Source: Rhina ancylostomus
Taxonomy: Eukaryota
Assembly (NCBI GenBank): GCA_030265395.1
Contig: JARFYF010000002.1
Span: 31,316,599 to 31,380,598 of the forward strand
Direction: 5' to 3'
Length of the DNA stretch: 64,000 nt
Shown: in pieces, positions 52,515 through 64,000 of the stretch
Layout: each line of letters starts with the position of its first letter
How positions within the stretch are numbered: the stretch's first letter is position 1
The notes under the pieces: model-generated
What the model was told of the DNA's origin: nothing
The model's input: only the letters and a program-made list of their open reading frames with translations
Database searches by the model: none
Made by a program: the position numbers and the translations under genes

Positions 52515-53265
52515 ATGGTGCAAAGGAGCAAAAGAGATTTACTAGAACAGTCCCAGGGATGAGGGATTTAAGCTACAAGGCTAGACTGGAAAAGCTGGGC
52601 TTGTTCACTTTGGAGCACAGGACCTTGAGAGGGAATTAGTCATATGTATGTAAAGTCAAGATTGATTTGATAGAATAAATAAAGTGAAGCTGTTCTTATC
52701 AGCAGATGCCATAAGGACCAGGGGACGCAGATTTATAGTGGGCAAAAGGTCCACAGCAGTTAAAATGAAAAGTTTGCTTTTTAACATTGGAAGTGGTGGT
52801 GACTTGAAGTTCACTGTCTGCAAAGTTGGTAGAGCAGAATCAGTTAGGGCTCTTGGAAAGGATAATGGATAAACTTACTTGAGGGATAGTAACTTACAGG
52901 ACTAAGGGGAATGAAATTATTCCTCTACAGCGTGTCCACATGGACTTTATGGGTGGAGTTTGACAGGATGGATGTGGGGAGGATGTTTTCTCTTATGGGA
53001 GAATATTTAAGAAAATAGGGGATTGCCCATTTAAGGAAGAGAGAACTCTCTTCCACAAAGGCCAGTGGAAGCCGAGTCTTTGAATATTTTTAAGGCAGAG
53101 GCAGATAGATTCTTCATAAATTGGGGAGTAAAAGATAACCAGGGATAGGTGGGAATATGGAGATAAGGTAACAGTAAGATCAGCCATTAACTTATTCAAT
53201 GACAGAACAGGGTGGAGGGGTCAAGTGGCCTATTCCTGATCTGAATTTGTATGTATTTGTATGTT
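52515..53265 (+). mobile_element. Two adjacent CR1 3' fragments (about 52515-52930 and 52960-53265)
   Basis: EQKRFTRTVPGMRDLSYKARLEKLGLFTLE..RTRGRRF; the second has SLNIFKAEADRFF and tail ggtcaagtggcctattcctg. Confidence 0.75.
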
Positions 53266-54089
53266 CATCTCATCCTGTGCTGTGATTCAGTTCTATGAGA
53301 AAGCAAGGGAACAACCTTTGAGCCAGTCAGACAGAAGGAACACTTAATTCCCCAGTAACCCCACCAACTCCCACAACAATAGCAGTGAAATTGTCTTGCC
53401 TTTTTCTTTGTCAGTAAGATTGGTTTGCATTCTCTATTTCGAGCCTCAGAAAGCGATATGTATTTTTGAAGAGGCTGACTGTAATTGCTGCTGTTGGATC
53501 AGTCCAACAAATGTTTCCAGCAGCTTTACACCAGCCAATCCACTGCTGCTCAGGTGGGTGCTGTGGAATTACATCAAATATAAATTCACTGTTGTTATTT
53601 CTCATTGTGCCATAGAATGCCTGCAGTAATTCCTGTGTTAGTTTCAACTTTAGTCTTTTTGTCAACAGGGCAGAGAGCAAAACCCAGCAATGTTGCCAAA
53701 CAATTTTTAAGATGGGCACATGGCAAAAAGAAAATCCAAGATGCACACTTCTTTTCACCCTATCTCTTGCATATTAGAATGCAGAGTTCTTGAGAGCATT
53801 ACTAAGACGCTAAGGGTTAAGATTTCAAGGAAAAACATGAAGGAAGTGCCTCGTCTTATTTTTCAGTAGGTGGGGTTTCTAAAGGAAATGTGCGTAAACA
53901 CTTCAAAATAAGTGTGGCATGATTTTTAAGTGCCATATACATGCAAAAGAGTGAAAATAATTTCTTTCTAGTTTTTTTCTACTTTCTTTCCAATTTCTAG
54001 ATTATAATACTTAGTCTACTAAGGATCTATGAAATAAAATCATATTCAATTAGATCAATAACAAAATTATAGTTCCATCTGGAATAAAA

Positions 54090-54352
54090 GCTATTACAGT
54101 GCCAGGGACCTGGGTTCAATTCTGGCTGCTGTCTGTCAGGAGTTTGTATGTTCTCCCCATGTCTGTGTGGGTTTCCTCTGGGTGCTCCGGTTTCCTCCCA
54201 CATTCCAAAGACGTACGGGTTAGGAAGTTGTGGGCGTGCTATGTTGGTGTCGGAAGTGTGGTGACACTTGTGGGCTGCCCCGAGAACACTCTATGCAAAG
54301 ATGTATTTCACTGTGTGTTTCGTACATGTGACTAATAAAGATATTATCTTAT
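54090..54352 (+). mobile_element. V-SINE
   Basis: B-box-like gggttcaattc; V-domain gagtttgtatgttctccccatgtctgtgtgggtttcctctgggtgctccggtttcctcccacattccaaagacgtacggg; tail actaataaagatattatcttatc. Confidence 0.85.
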
Positions 54353-55314
54353 CATTCCCCTGAATTCAGAACAATGGCTGGTCTGATAGATTTGAATCCA
54401 GAATTTCTGGGCCCACGTCCACATCTCACAGCAACTGAACCATTGAACAGGAGACAAACTATTCAAAATAGTGTAAATCTTTCTTGACAGCAATGAAAAT
54501 GCATGTCTGCTGCTGTCCATTCACAGATCTCTGCGTACATCCACGCCTTGTACTGGGCTGCTGCTGGATAAAGCTCATTTTCACGGCATTCATACCCTGT
54601 GTGTATATGCCTATGACAACAATAAACTTGAACTTTAACATCCTAATTCTAACACACATCGACATTCTAATCACACTTAAAAATGTCAAAAGTCTAAAAA
54701 TAGAAAAAGCTAATCATTCCCACTGTTTTCTGATCAGCCCTTGGTGTCCAGCAGTCTCCAGGAAGTGCAGGGTCTGGGAATTTACCAGCAGCTGCCAATC
54801 TATAGAGACTTGCCTCCACAAACAGACCTTAGGACACGCCAACACAACCAGACACCATGGTGTGGTACAGCAATTCAAATATGCAGGAACATGAAAAGCT
54901 GCAGAGGGTAGTGGACTCTGCCCAATTCATCATGGGCACATCCCTCCCCACCATCGGGAGTATCTACAGGAGGTGCTGCCTAAAGAAGGCAACATCTATC
55001 ATTAAAGATCCCCACCATCCGGGCCGTGCTATCTTCTCGCAGCTCCCATCAGGCAGGAGGTACAGAAGCCTGAAGTCCCACACCCCCAGGTTCAGGAACA
55101 GCGACTTCCCTTCAACCATTTGGTGTTTGAACCAACCAGCAAAACCCTAATCACTACCTCAGCAGAGCAACACTATGACAACTTTGGTCACTTTGCACTA
55201 AAACAGACTTTTTGTTTGTTCTAATTGTGTTCTTTCTTGTAAAAATTGAGTTCATGTTTTTTCTTGTGAATGCTGCTTATCTGATTGTGATGTTATGTGC
55301 CTGTGATGCTGCTG

Positions 55315-55818
55315 TGTATTGTGGAGAGTCGTGGCTGTCAAGTGACAGCACTGCCCCCACCTGGTCGGAAGATGCACCACTGCCAATCGAGGTTTGGCCC
55401 CGCCCCACCCATCAGCGCACACCTGACTATTGACCTTTGTGATCGATTAGTCCTTGCTGCTGCTGGGCCATTGGCCTCTGTAAATTATCTGGGCTGGAAC
55501 CCCCAGCCCTCCAGCACTATGAAGAGTGGCACATGTGCTTGTCTCTCTCTCTCTCTCTTGCCTGCCTTGAGGCATCACCCTGCTTCATCCGAGGCCGGGT
55601 ACTGTGGAATGGCGCTGGAGAGATCGTTGCTGAGGTGTGCACTGTTGAAAGGGTTGGGAGCATTTTAGTTAGCGTCCCTAGTAGCATGGAGCTGTGCCTG
55701 CACTGAGTCAAGGGGTGGTGGGTATCATATTGTTTTTCCTTGATTGTCTGTACCTAGTTCGTTGTGTGTGTGTGTGTGTGTATATTTTACCCCGTTGCGA
55801 TATTCCCATGCTCGCTAT

Positions 55819-55870
<52 letters not shown>

Positions 55871-55974
55871 CCCTGTTACCATTTTCCCATGTTTGTCTTC
55901 TGTAAATAAATCATTCCTCTCCAGACTGTGTTCAGAGTCCTTACCTTCTGAGACCCTGAATCTGTTTCACAATA
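55315..55974 (+). mobile_element. Solo LTR (660 bp) nested in the Rex1 3' UTR
   Basis: GCTG duplicated at 55311-55314 and 55975-55978; termini TGTATTGTG...CACAATA; AATAAA near 55905; internal (CT)n and (TG)n; GC/CpG-richer than the flanks. Confidence 0.7.
55823..55866. repeat. (TG)n microsatellite
   Basis: Direct observation. Confidence 0.95.
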
Positions 55975-56044
55975 GCTGCAAATAAGTTTTTCAATGCACC
56001 TGTGCTCACAAGTACTTGTGCATGTGACAATAAACTTGACTTTG

Positions 56045-56607
56045 AACAATTGGGTCCCCAGCACCAGTCCTTGCACACCCTGCCAATCACATCTTCCCAA
56101 CTTGAAAATTACCCATTTATCTCCACTCTCTGCTTGGTTAATCAATTCTTAATGCCAGTATATTACCTCAAATACTGTGCATTCCAAATTAGTTTTGTAA
56201 GTTCGTGTGCAGTATCTCATTGATGACCTGAAAGAGTAAATACAGCACTTCAACTGGTTCACCCTTTTCTATTCTGCAGGCTGCAGCCACATAACGTTCC
56301 AACAGATTTCTCAAACATGATTTCCTTTTCTTGAGTTCATGTTGACTCTGCCCAATCCTGTTATTGTATCTGAATCAGGTGCACGAGTGGACCATTCAGC
56401 CTCTCAGACCTGATCCTATCATTTGAAAAGTTCATGGTTTATCTGACTGTTTCCTCAACTCCATATTTTGGCCTACCCTTAATCATTTCTCACCCTTTAT
56501 TTCTTGTGTCCTGTAACCACTTCCTTCATAATTGATTCCAACATCTTCCCAACCACTAATCACGGTCTAACTGGTGTTTGGTTCCCTATTCTTTCTTTCC
56601 TTCTCTA

Positions 56608-56643
<36 letters not shown>

Positions 56644-57880
56644 CTCCTGCCCCCCTCCACACTAATGTACTACCTATAAAATGTCAGAAGATGACAACCA
56701 GTGCACTCACCATCTCAATAGACATGTCCTTCAAAACCCTGTGATGCATGTCATCAGGTCCTGGGGACTTACTGAGTTTCAATCCTATGAATTTTTCCAA
56801 AACTTTTTTTTAATGAATGCTAATTTCTTTCAACTCCTTATTCACCGGACCTGCAGTTCCCCACTATTTCCAGGTTTTCTGTGTCTTCTTCACTGAAGAT
56901 GCAAATAAAACATATTTAATTCTCTGCCATTTCCCTTTTTCCAATATAATTTGATGCATTTCAGTCTGTAAGACACTCACAGTAATCTCTTCCATTTTAT
57001 ATATCTGCAGAAGCTCTTAAGGTCTGTTTTTATATTTCTTGCTAGAATACTCTTGTATTGTGCTTTCCTTTTCCTTACAGTATCAATTTGTTGATCCTCT
57101 TTCGATAAATTCTGAAATTTTCCCAATACTCAGGTGTAATGCTTTTTTGTTGCAATATTATTGCATGCATCTTTCGATCAAATCCTTAAACCCTAGATAA
57201 TCATGCCTGGACCACTTCCTGTATTGGATTTTTTGCCTGAAGGGAATATCTATTACTTGTAAATTATGAATTAATTCTGCAAGTGTTAGTCAATGCTTGA
57301 ATATTGTTGTACCTTTCAATAAAGTTTCCCAATCCACCATAACCCACTCAAGACTTGTGCCTTTGTAGTTTGCTTCATCCAGATTTAAAACCCTGGTTTC
57401 AGATTGAACTAAAGCACTTTCAGTTTTTATATAAAAATCTATCATATTGTGGTCATTGTTCCCAAAAGCTCCTTAAACACCAGATTATGGATGAATTGAC
57501 CCTTTCTCATTACACACTGCTTGATGTGAAATAGCCAGTTCCCTCCCTAGTGCATTGAATAAGGAAGCTTTCCCTCATACACTCCACAAATTCATCCTTC
57601 ACACCAATACTGCTTTCTGAGTTTTCCCAGTCTACAGTAAAAGTCCGATAATCCGCCTCGTGAGCCACCTCTTGATTTTCAGAGTGAAGTTCCTTCCTCT
57701 CCCCTACCTTTATCCCATTCTCTATTATCTAGGCTATCCTGCCTTCTTTTCAATGTCGGCTATATCTTCTAAAATTATCTTGGAATAATTAATTCCCAAT
57801 CTTTGTTGCTTTGAAATCATGTCTTTATGAAGACTATTGAATCACACACATTTGTGACGTTAATTCACTATCTTGTTGCA
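56045..57880 (-). mobile_element. Long old CR1 ORF2 fragment (endonuclease to RT), decayed
   Basis: Minus strand QHELKKRKSCLRNLLER, TPVRP*LVVGKMLESIMKE, KSPGPDDMHHRVLK, QGLVLGTQLF; contains (CT)n at about 56600-56647. Confidence 0.7.
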
Positions 57881-57884
57881 ATAT

Positions 57885-58605
57885 TTTTAATTTGAAAAAT
57901 AAGGTTTATTCATTATAAAATAAAATATTTATTCTATAAATAGGGCTCTTTACATTCTTAGTGTCATTTGGTCAATACTTTCAGGGTTGCTGGTTCTACG
58001 TTCAGTAGTGTTAGCACATCTGTATGTACACACAGCAGCCCTAACACTCTATGGGCTCCTGGGGTGATACACCCTACTGGTGTGTGAGGGGTTTCCCCAC
58101 CAGATCAGCCCCTCCATATCCCGTCGCAGACAGATCCTTGACTGTGGTCCTTCCCCACTTTGCATTGGTTGCACAGAGACTCAGTACGTCCCTCAGCACG
58201 TACTCCTGCAGCCCAGAATATGCCAGTTGGCAGCATTCCCCCACGGACATCTCACATCCTGCCTGTCGCTAATTGCCCCGAGAGGCTGGTGGTGCTGGAA
58301 GAGCAGAAAATTTCGGGCAGACCAAAGAGCATCTTTCACCAAGTTGATGACCTCCCAACAACACTCGATGTCCATCTGTGTGTGTGTCCCTGGGAATAGC
58401 CCACAAATCAGAGTCCTATGTTAGTTGCTTGGGGTGAACCTTGCATCCTTCTCCACACCCTCTTAGCAAATCTAGTCTGCAAAAAGGTGGGCAACTGCTT
58501 CCTGTTGCAACCACCTAGAGGGCAGTGTGTGTTGGGAGTGATATTCCAACTGTGTGGGAAGGATCTGACTGGGAGTGACCCTCTCACCACCAGCCAAGCA
58601 GGGTC
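57885..58605 (-). mobile_element. Second Tx1-like 3' fragment
   Basis: LPVRSFPHSWNITPNTHCPLGGC..FAKRVWRRMQG..DIECCWEVINLVKDALWSARN; colinear with 3210-3930. Confidence 0.8.
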
Positions 58606-58999
58606 TTAATTCGCCCACCTTGTTACAAGTGCTGCAGGCAGGCAGGCAGGCAAGCAGGCTAAGAGCCTTTAGTTTTTATCTGCTCTTCCCTTCTCTAACC
58701 CTGACTGGAGGTACATGCTTACGTTTGTGTGAACTGTCTTTTGCTGACAGATTTTGCAGCAGTTTATCCTTTGTACTTAACGTTGGAAACTTCCCCTCAA
58801 ACCCATCCCTCACCAGCCCTATTTAGTCTAAAGGATTACCCATGACCCTACAGCACAGGAACAAACCAGTAGGTCCACCTGGTCTGTCCAGGTGTTCTTG
58901 CTCCACACCAACCTCCTCCTCCTGCCCCATCACTGTACCTCTCTGTTCCATTCTCTCTCTTGTCATCATCAGCTTCCTCTTAAATGAATAAACTGTTTT

Positions 59000-59270
59000 C
59001 ATTTCAGTGCTGATACATTTCTGGCGAGATCATCATTTCTTGCCTGTCACTAATTGCCCCAAGAAGCTGGTGATGGGCCGATGCAGACCTCCTGACGAAG
59101 GTACTCCCAGCAGTGTTGGGGAGGGAGTTCCAGGATCTAGATTGAGCAAGGATGAAGGACAAGTGGTACATCCCCAAGTCAGGATGGTGTGTGCCCTGGA
59201 AGGGAACCTGTGGATTGTGATGTTCCCATGTGACTGCTGTCCTTGTCCTTCCTTGTGGTCTGGGACAGGT
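59000..59270 (-). mobile_element. L2/CR1-group LINE 3' end
   Basis: Reverse complement of 30690-30930 (ccttccaa..catcctg..tggaac tccct). Confidence 0.7.
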
Positions 59271-59964
59271 ACCTGGGCAGTAAACAAGTACATTGTGTCG
59301 ATGGCACACACTCCGTGCTTTCTAACTAAAGTACTCGTTATAACAGTAATTTCACATTCTCCCAATCCTCTGGTACACTATTAAGAGCTATTTTATACTA
59401 TAAATAGAAACATCATTTCTAAATCTATCCTATCAATTTTTTTCATAATATTAAAATCATTGACCCATGGGGGATCTTGCTATGGAGAAATAGTGATTGT
59501 GCATGCATCTGTGTCACAATAATGACATGTCAAGGTACAAAATGCTTTGAGATGACTGAAATACAGTATTAGATATAATGGTAATTCTTCTCTTCATTGA
59601 GACCAAATCTGTATCTTGATGATAGTTAGTAATAACAGCCAGCGGCGCCCTGAGGTGGCCCTGATTTGTGACTGTAACATGCAAATATCCATTCCCACTG
59701 ATTTCAGGTAACCTGCTCCCCCTCTGCCTTTCTCTCTCCTCCTGGTCTATCCAGTACCTCCTACACCCAGCCCAGCCCTGAATCACCAGTTTCTTGCCTG
59801 TCCTCCACCCATTCTATCTGTCCATCACCCTCACACTCCTCCTATTGGGTCTCCTTGCCCTCTTACCCCCACTGTTCCCGTTTGCCCTCCCCACCTCCCA
59901 TATTTGGTTCCATGCTCCACCTTCCTCTTCTCAGATTCCACCATCTGCAGCTCATGTCCGATGC

Positions 59965-60560
59965 CCATGTCCTTCTTGGTAGTAGCAGTTGTAGGATTTG
60001 GGAGATGCTGTTGGAGTACCTGAGGAAAGTAACAGCAGTGTATTTTCTAGGAGGTACACATTTCAGCCACGGTGTGTCAGTGGAAGAGGGAATGTATGGT
60101 TAGGGTGGTGATGGGGCACCAGTCAAGCTGAGTGGGTTTGAGCTTCTTGAGTTGTTGGAGCTGCATTCATTCAGTAAAATGGAGGGTACTCCTGACTCGT
60201 GCCTTGTAGATGCTGGAAAGGCTTTGGGTTGTCAGGGTGTAAAATCACTTGTCACAGGATATCCAACCTCTCACCTAATTTCTCAGCCTCTGTCATTGGT
60301 TCAGCTGAGTTTCTGGTTAGTGGTGAATCCCAAGATGTTAATGGCGAACTCAACAATGGTAACAACATTCAATGTCAACATCTGAGGAGATGCAATTGGA
60401 ATTAAACATTGTGCAATCACTAGTGAATCACCACACGTCTAGCCTTAGGACAGCAGGTCATTGATGAAGCAGCTGGAAACATTTGTGCTGAGGAAGCTGC
60501 CCAGAGGAACTTGGCTATCAATCTCTATCAATGAATCTACAAATGATCCAAAAGGAGCTA
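59965..60560 (-). mobile_element. L2/CR1-group LINE fragment
   Basis: Minus strand AFPASTRHES..EYP..MNAAPTTQEAQ, similar to 26595-26860 and 30440-30700. Confidence 0.65.
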
Positions 60561-60762
60561 GTGGAGAACTTTGGAAAGATCCCATTCCTCAAAAGCATTG
60601 TTATATTTACCACATTTCATGTCTGACATCACTCAAGCTTACTTAATCCTAAACTTTTTTATTCATTTAAGAAAGGTACCTGATTTTGTGACTGGATGAA
60701 TCAAAGCTGCCATATTGGCCCAGATGGTGGCTGATATGTGTAACCTGTGCGTGAATTTGAGA

Positions 60763-61155
60763 GTCAAAGATCCCCACCATCCAGGCTATGCCATCTTCTC
60801 ACAGCTACCTTCGGGCAGGAGGTACAGAAGCCTGAAGCCCCATGTCACCAGGTTCAGAACAGCTACTTCCCTTCAACCATTCGGTTCTTGAACTGACCAG
60901 CACAACCCTAATCACTGCCTCAGTACAGCAACACCATGACCACTTTAATCAGTACAATGGACTGTTTTATTTTTAGTTCTAATTGTGTTCTTTCTTGTAA
61001 AAATTGTACACAATTTATGTTTAATTTGTGTTTTCTTGTGAATGCTGCTTATCTGATGCGGTGCAGTGATGCTGCCATAAGTAAGTTTTTCATTGCACCT
61101 GTGCATACACGTACTTGTACAGATGACAATAACCTTCACCTACACTTTGACTTGC
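60763..61155 (+). mobile_element. Rex1/Babar 3' fragment
   Basis: KDPHHPGYAIFSQLPSGRRYRSLKPHVTRF plus uninterrupted 3' UTR. Confidence 0.85.
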
Positions 61156-61249
61156 ACATGGGAAAATTCCCACTCTCCAACTATTCTTGGCCTCATCGCT
61201 TCCACCTTGCATTTTCCACTTTTCCTTTAGTAGACACTTTTCTTATTGA

Positions 61250-61650
61250 AAAACACTATGATGCTGGAGGAACTCAGCCGGCCAGGCAGCATCCGTAGGG
61301 AACAGCAGGCAGTCAACGTTTCGGGACAGAACCCTTCTTCAGGACTGAAGATAGGAAAAGGGGAAGCCTAATATATAGGAGGGAAAAGCAGAGCAGTGAC
61401 AGGTGGACAGAAGAGGGGAGGCGGGGTGAGCACAAGGTGGTGATAGGTAGATGCAGGTAAGAGATAGTGATAGGCAGGTGCGGGGGAGGAGGGAGAGCAG
61501 GTCCACCAGGGGATGCGTCAAAGGTAAGGGTAAGGAGAGTAAAAAAGGAGGCCAGAAGAAAGAAAGATAGGCTAGGAAAGAGAATAAAAGATGAGGCATG
61601 GATGGGTGGTGGTGGGGAAGTGGTGTGGGGATTGCTTAAAGTGGGAGAAT
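61250..61650 (-). mobile_element. Penelope-derived terminal fragment (young, CpG-retaining)
   Basis: gatgctggaggaactcagccggccaggcagcatccgtaggg signature, hammerhead, and a pyrimidine-rich upstream tract on the minus strand. Confidence 0.8.
61310..61347 (-). ncRNA. Minimal type-I hammerhead ribozyme motif (intact)
   Basis: CAGUC-CUGAAGA-a-GGG-uucugu-CCC-GAAA-C-GUU-GACUG: stem I 5 bp, core CUGANGA/GAAA, stem II closed, NUH = GUU, loop-less palindromic stem III (AACGUU). Confidence 0.75.
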
Positions 61651-61750
61651 NNNNNNNNNNNNNNNNNNNNNNNNNNNNNNNNNNNNNNNNNNNNNNNNNN
61701 NNNNNNNNNNNNNNNNNNNNNNNNNNNNNNNNNNNNNNNNNNNNNNNNNN

Positions 61751-61918
61751 CGGGTGCTCCGGTTTCCTCCCACATTCCAAAGACGTACGGGTTAGCAAGT
61801 TGTGGGCATGCTATGTTGGCGCCGGAATCGTGGCGACACTTGCAGGCTGCCCCCAGAACATTCTATGCAAAAGATGCGTGTTTTGATGTACATGTGACTA
61901 ATAAAATATCTTATCTTA
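61751..61918 (+). mobile_element. V-SINE 3' part
   Basis: Highly similar to 54180-54352. Confidence 0.85.
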
Positions 61919-63389
61919 AAAGGAAGCAAACACATTTCATTTAAGCATGTGAAAACATCAGTGCAACATAATTTCAACCCTTTAAAGTTTACTATTGTTA
62001 ATGCATCATGTGGTTTAAGTGTAATTTAAAGAAGTATCTCTTTTTCATGATTTGAATGGTAAACAAAACTTTCATTGATCACCACCATAGAAGTTAGCCT
62101 CTAAATTATATGGCTGTTGTGGTGTGCAGTTGCAATTACAAGCAGTATAATAGAGTGAATTATAATGTTGTGGAGATTACTCCAATCACTTGTAAGTAAA
62201 ACTGACATGGATTTCTAATGCATATTGCATAGACAAATATATCAATAAAATGAATTCTAGGCTAAAATGTTCTACTTGTAAAAAATGACTTTGAGTTTAT
62301 GCAATGAGTTAGGATCATTCACATTAATTACAATTTCAATGTTTAATCTTTTAAAAATTGATATTAAATTGCCTTAAATATTGTGATTGAATACTGACCT
62401 AGTCATTGACAATTTGCTAGTCACTAATCTGGATAATGTGGAATTGCTTATTATTCTCTTGGTAGAATGAGGCAATAGAAGGAAGCCAGGAATGATGGGT
62501 AAACATTTTTGATCCAGTTAGTTAGTTAATTGGGTTTGCACCTCATAAGTGTGCATAAACAGTGATGGTAGGGAAAGTTCTGTGCACAATTCTATTGAAG
62601 CTCAGCTTAGCTACACACTGAAAACACTGGTGTTCACGACTGTGTGCACTTGGCATGCTAACATATTTGCCGCCTTAAGCAGACTGACAATCTCCACAGC
62701 TGAGTAATGTCCACCGGAATGATGAAACACTTTTCCAGGAGCAGGATGATGGCAAAACAGAAGATGGAAGCTGGAACTTCACTTAAAATTCCTTTGCTTT
62801 TCATTCATTTCCCCAGCTCAGACAATGCCTGATGGGCAAGTTTGCCCCATGCGCAGAGAGAGAGCTAGAGCTGACTTTGGTGGGAGTCTCTGGAGCTCTG
62901 AAACTCAGAGGTTCTAGGCTAAACACCTCTCAGCAGTCAGAGCAGGGACTTGTATGACCTGCATCATACTGGTGCTGAAACCACATGGGAGACACTGAGA
63001 AAAAGTGGTAGGATATGCCATTCAAAGAAATATTAGTTCTTGCTTGTATTTCTTAATTCTAAAGTATAGACGTGGCTATTTAAATTATTTAAAAAAGGAA
63101 ATATATTGATACACCAGTGTTTACTAACACACATGTGCACACTCTAAGTGAATCCCCATACATAACAGGACTGAATAAGGATTCAGACAATGGCTAGATG
63201 ATTGGACAAAGCATTGCTTCTTACAAAGTGATGAGTGTGGGGTAGAATTTGTGCCTATGATGGGAACAGACTGCAGATTTCATTTGGTATATTTCACATT
63301 AGATGATTAGTTCTCTTGCTCCACAAGCAACCTGATCAAGTGTGCAGGTGAGATGCCACAATGGCCATCACAACAATGTGAATTTCAGT

Positions 63390-63880
63390 TTTATCTACTC
63401 ATTTTTTTAGGATGTGGGCATTGCTTGCGAGGTCAGCTTATAGATTGTCCATCTCTAATTGCCCTTGAGAAGATGGTAATGAGCCGACTTCCTGAGCTGC
63501 AGCAGTCCTTTGTTATTGGGTGGGAAGTTCCAGGATTTATTGTGGAGGTTCAGGTTTTGATGCTCCTGCATCATTGATACCCTCACTCTTCTCGTTGGTG
63601 GAGCTCACGGGTTTTGGAGGTGCTATTCGAAAGAACCTCGGATGTAACTTTCTTGCATTTTGTGAGCAGCATCATCTGCGGTGATGGTGCCCTAGTGGTG
63701 GATAGTATTAGTCAAGTGGGCTACTTGGTCCTAGATGGTGTTGAGCTTTCCATGTGTTGTTGGATCTGTGGTCATCCAGGTGAGTGGAAAATGTTCCATA
63801 ATGCTCCTGATTTGTGCCATGTTAATGGTGGAATGGTTTGGGATGTCAGGAGTGAAGTCACATCACAGGAAACACTAAAA
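63390..63880 (-). mobile_element. L2/CR1-group LINE 3' end, decayed
   Basis: taattgcccttgagaagatggtaatgagccgacttcctgagctgcagcagtcc..catccaggtgagtggaaaatgttccat, same family as 59000-59270. Confidence 0.65.
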
Positions 63881-64000
63881 TTTCCAGGTCAATCTCCTTT
63901 AATAATATTAATTGTGAAATAAGTATTGACAAGGATGCCCCATTGAGTCTACAGTGACCATCAAACACCCATTTTTACACTGAATTTTACTTATGTTCCC

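Larger units (their letters stand above)
54850..56045 (+). mobile_element. Rex1/Babar 3' fragment split by an LTR insertion
   Basis: WYSNSNMQEHEKLQRVVDSAQFIMGTSLPTIGSIYRRCCLKKATSIIKDPHHPG..FSQLPSGRRYRSL; the 3' UTR resumes at 55975 and runs to aataaacttgactttg. Confidence 0.85.

Noticed and set aside
6061-59690. Scattered ATGCAAAT octamer motifs
   Set aside because: Number is unremarkable for AT-rich 64 kb, and I saw no V-segment, RSS or snRNA context next to them

Overview
Eukaryotic, AT-rich, repeat-dense vertebrate DNA from a gapped short-read scaffold (many N runs). The repeat families point to a cartilaginous fish, probably a ray/batoid (inference). I recognise no intact host protein-coding gene, rRNA, tRNA or CRISPR array, so the window looks intronic or intergenic. 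Most ORFs in the track are noise or transposon fragments. Contents: many truncated CR1 LINEs (some nested), L2-group, Rex1/Babar and Tx1 LINEs, V-SINE and Deu-type SINEs, two solo LTRs with 4-bp TSDs, and a decayed Ty3/Gypsy pol (RT-RNaseH-IN) mostly missed by the ORF track. There are also possible Harbinger Myb/SANT relics and about ten Penelope-like element ends. The most notable signal is a minimal type-I hammerhead ribozyme motif in these Penelope ends (core intact at 61310-61347 and 39326-39363, decayed elsewhere). Other leads: a CpG-retaining unique block with a candidate minus-strand exon (9480-10090), an 82-bp duplication carrying splice-donor-like sites, a six-copy TGATGTAAT array and a 59-bp inverted repeat. 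All repeat boundaries were judged by eye and are approximate unless a TSD is given.
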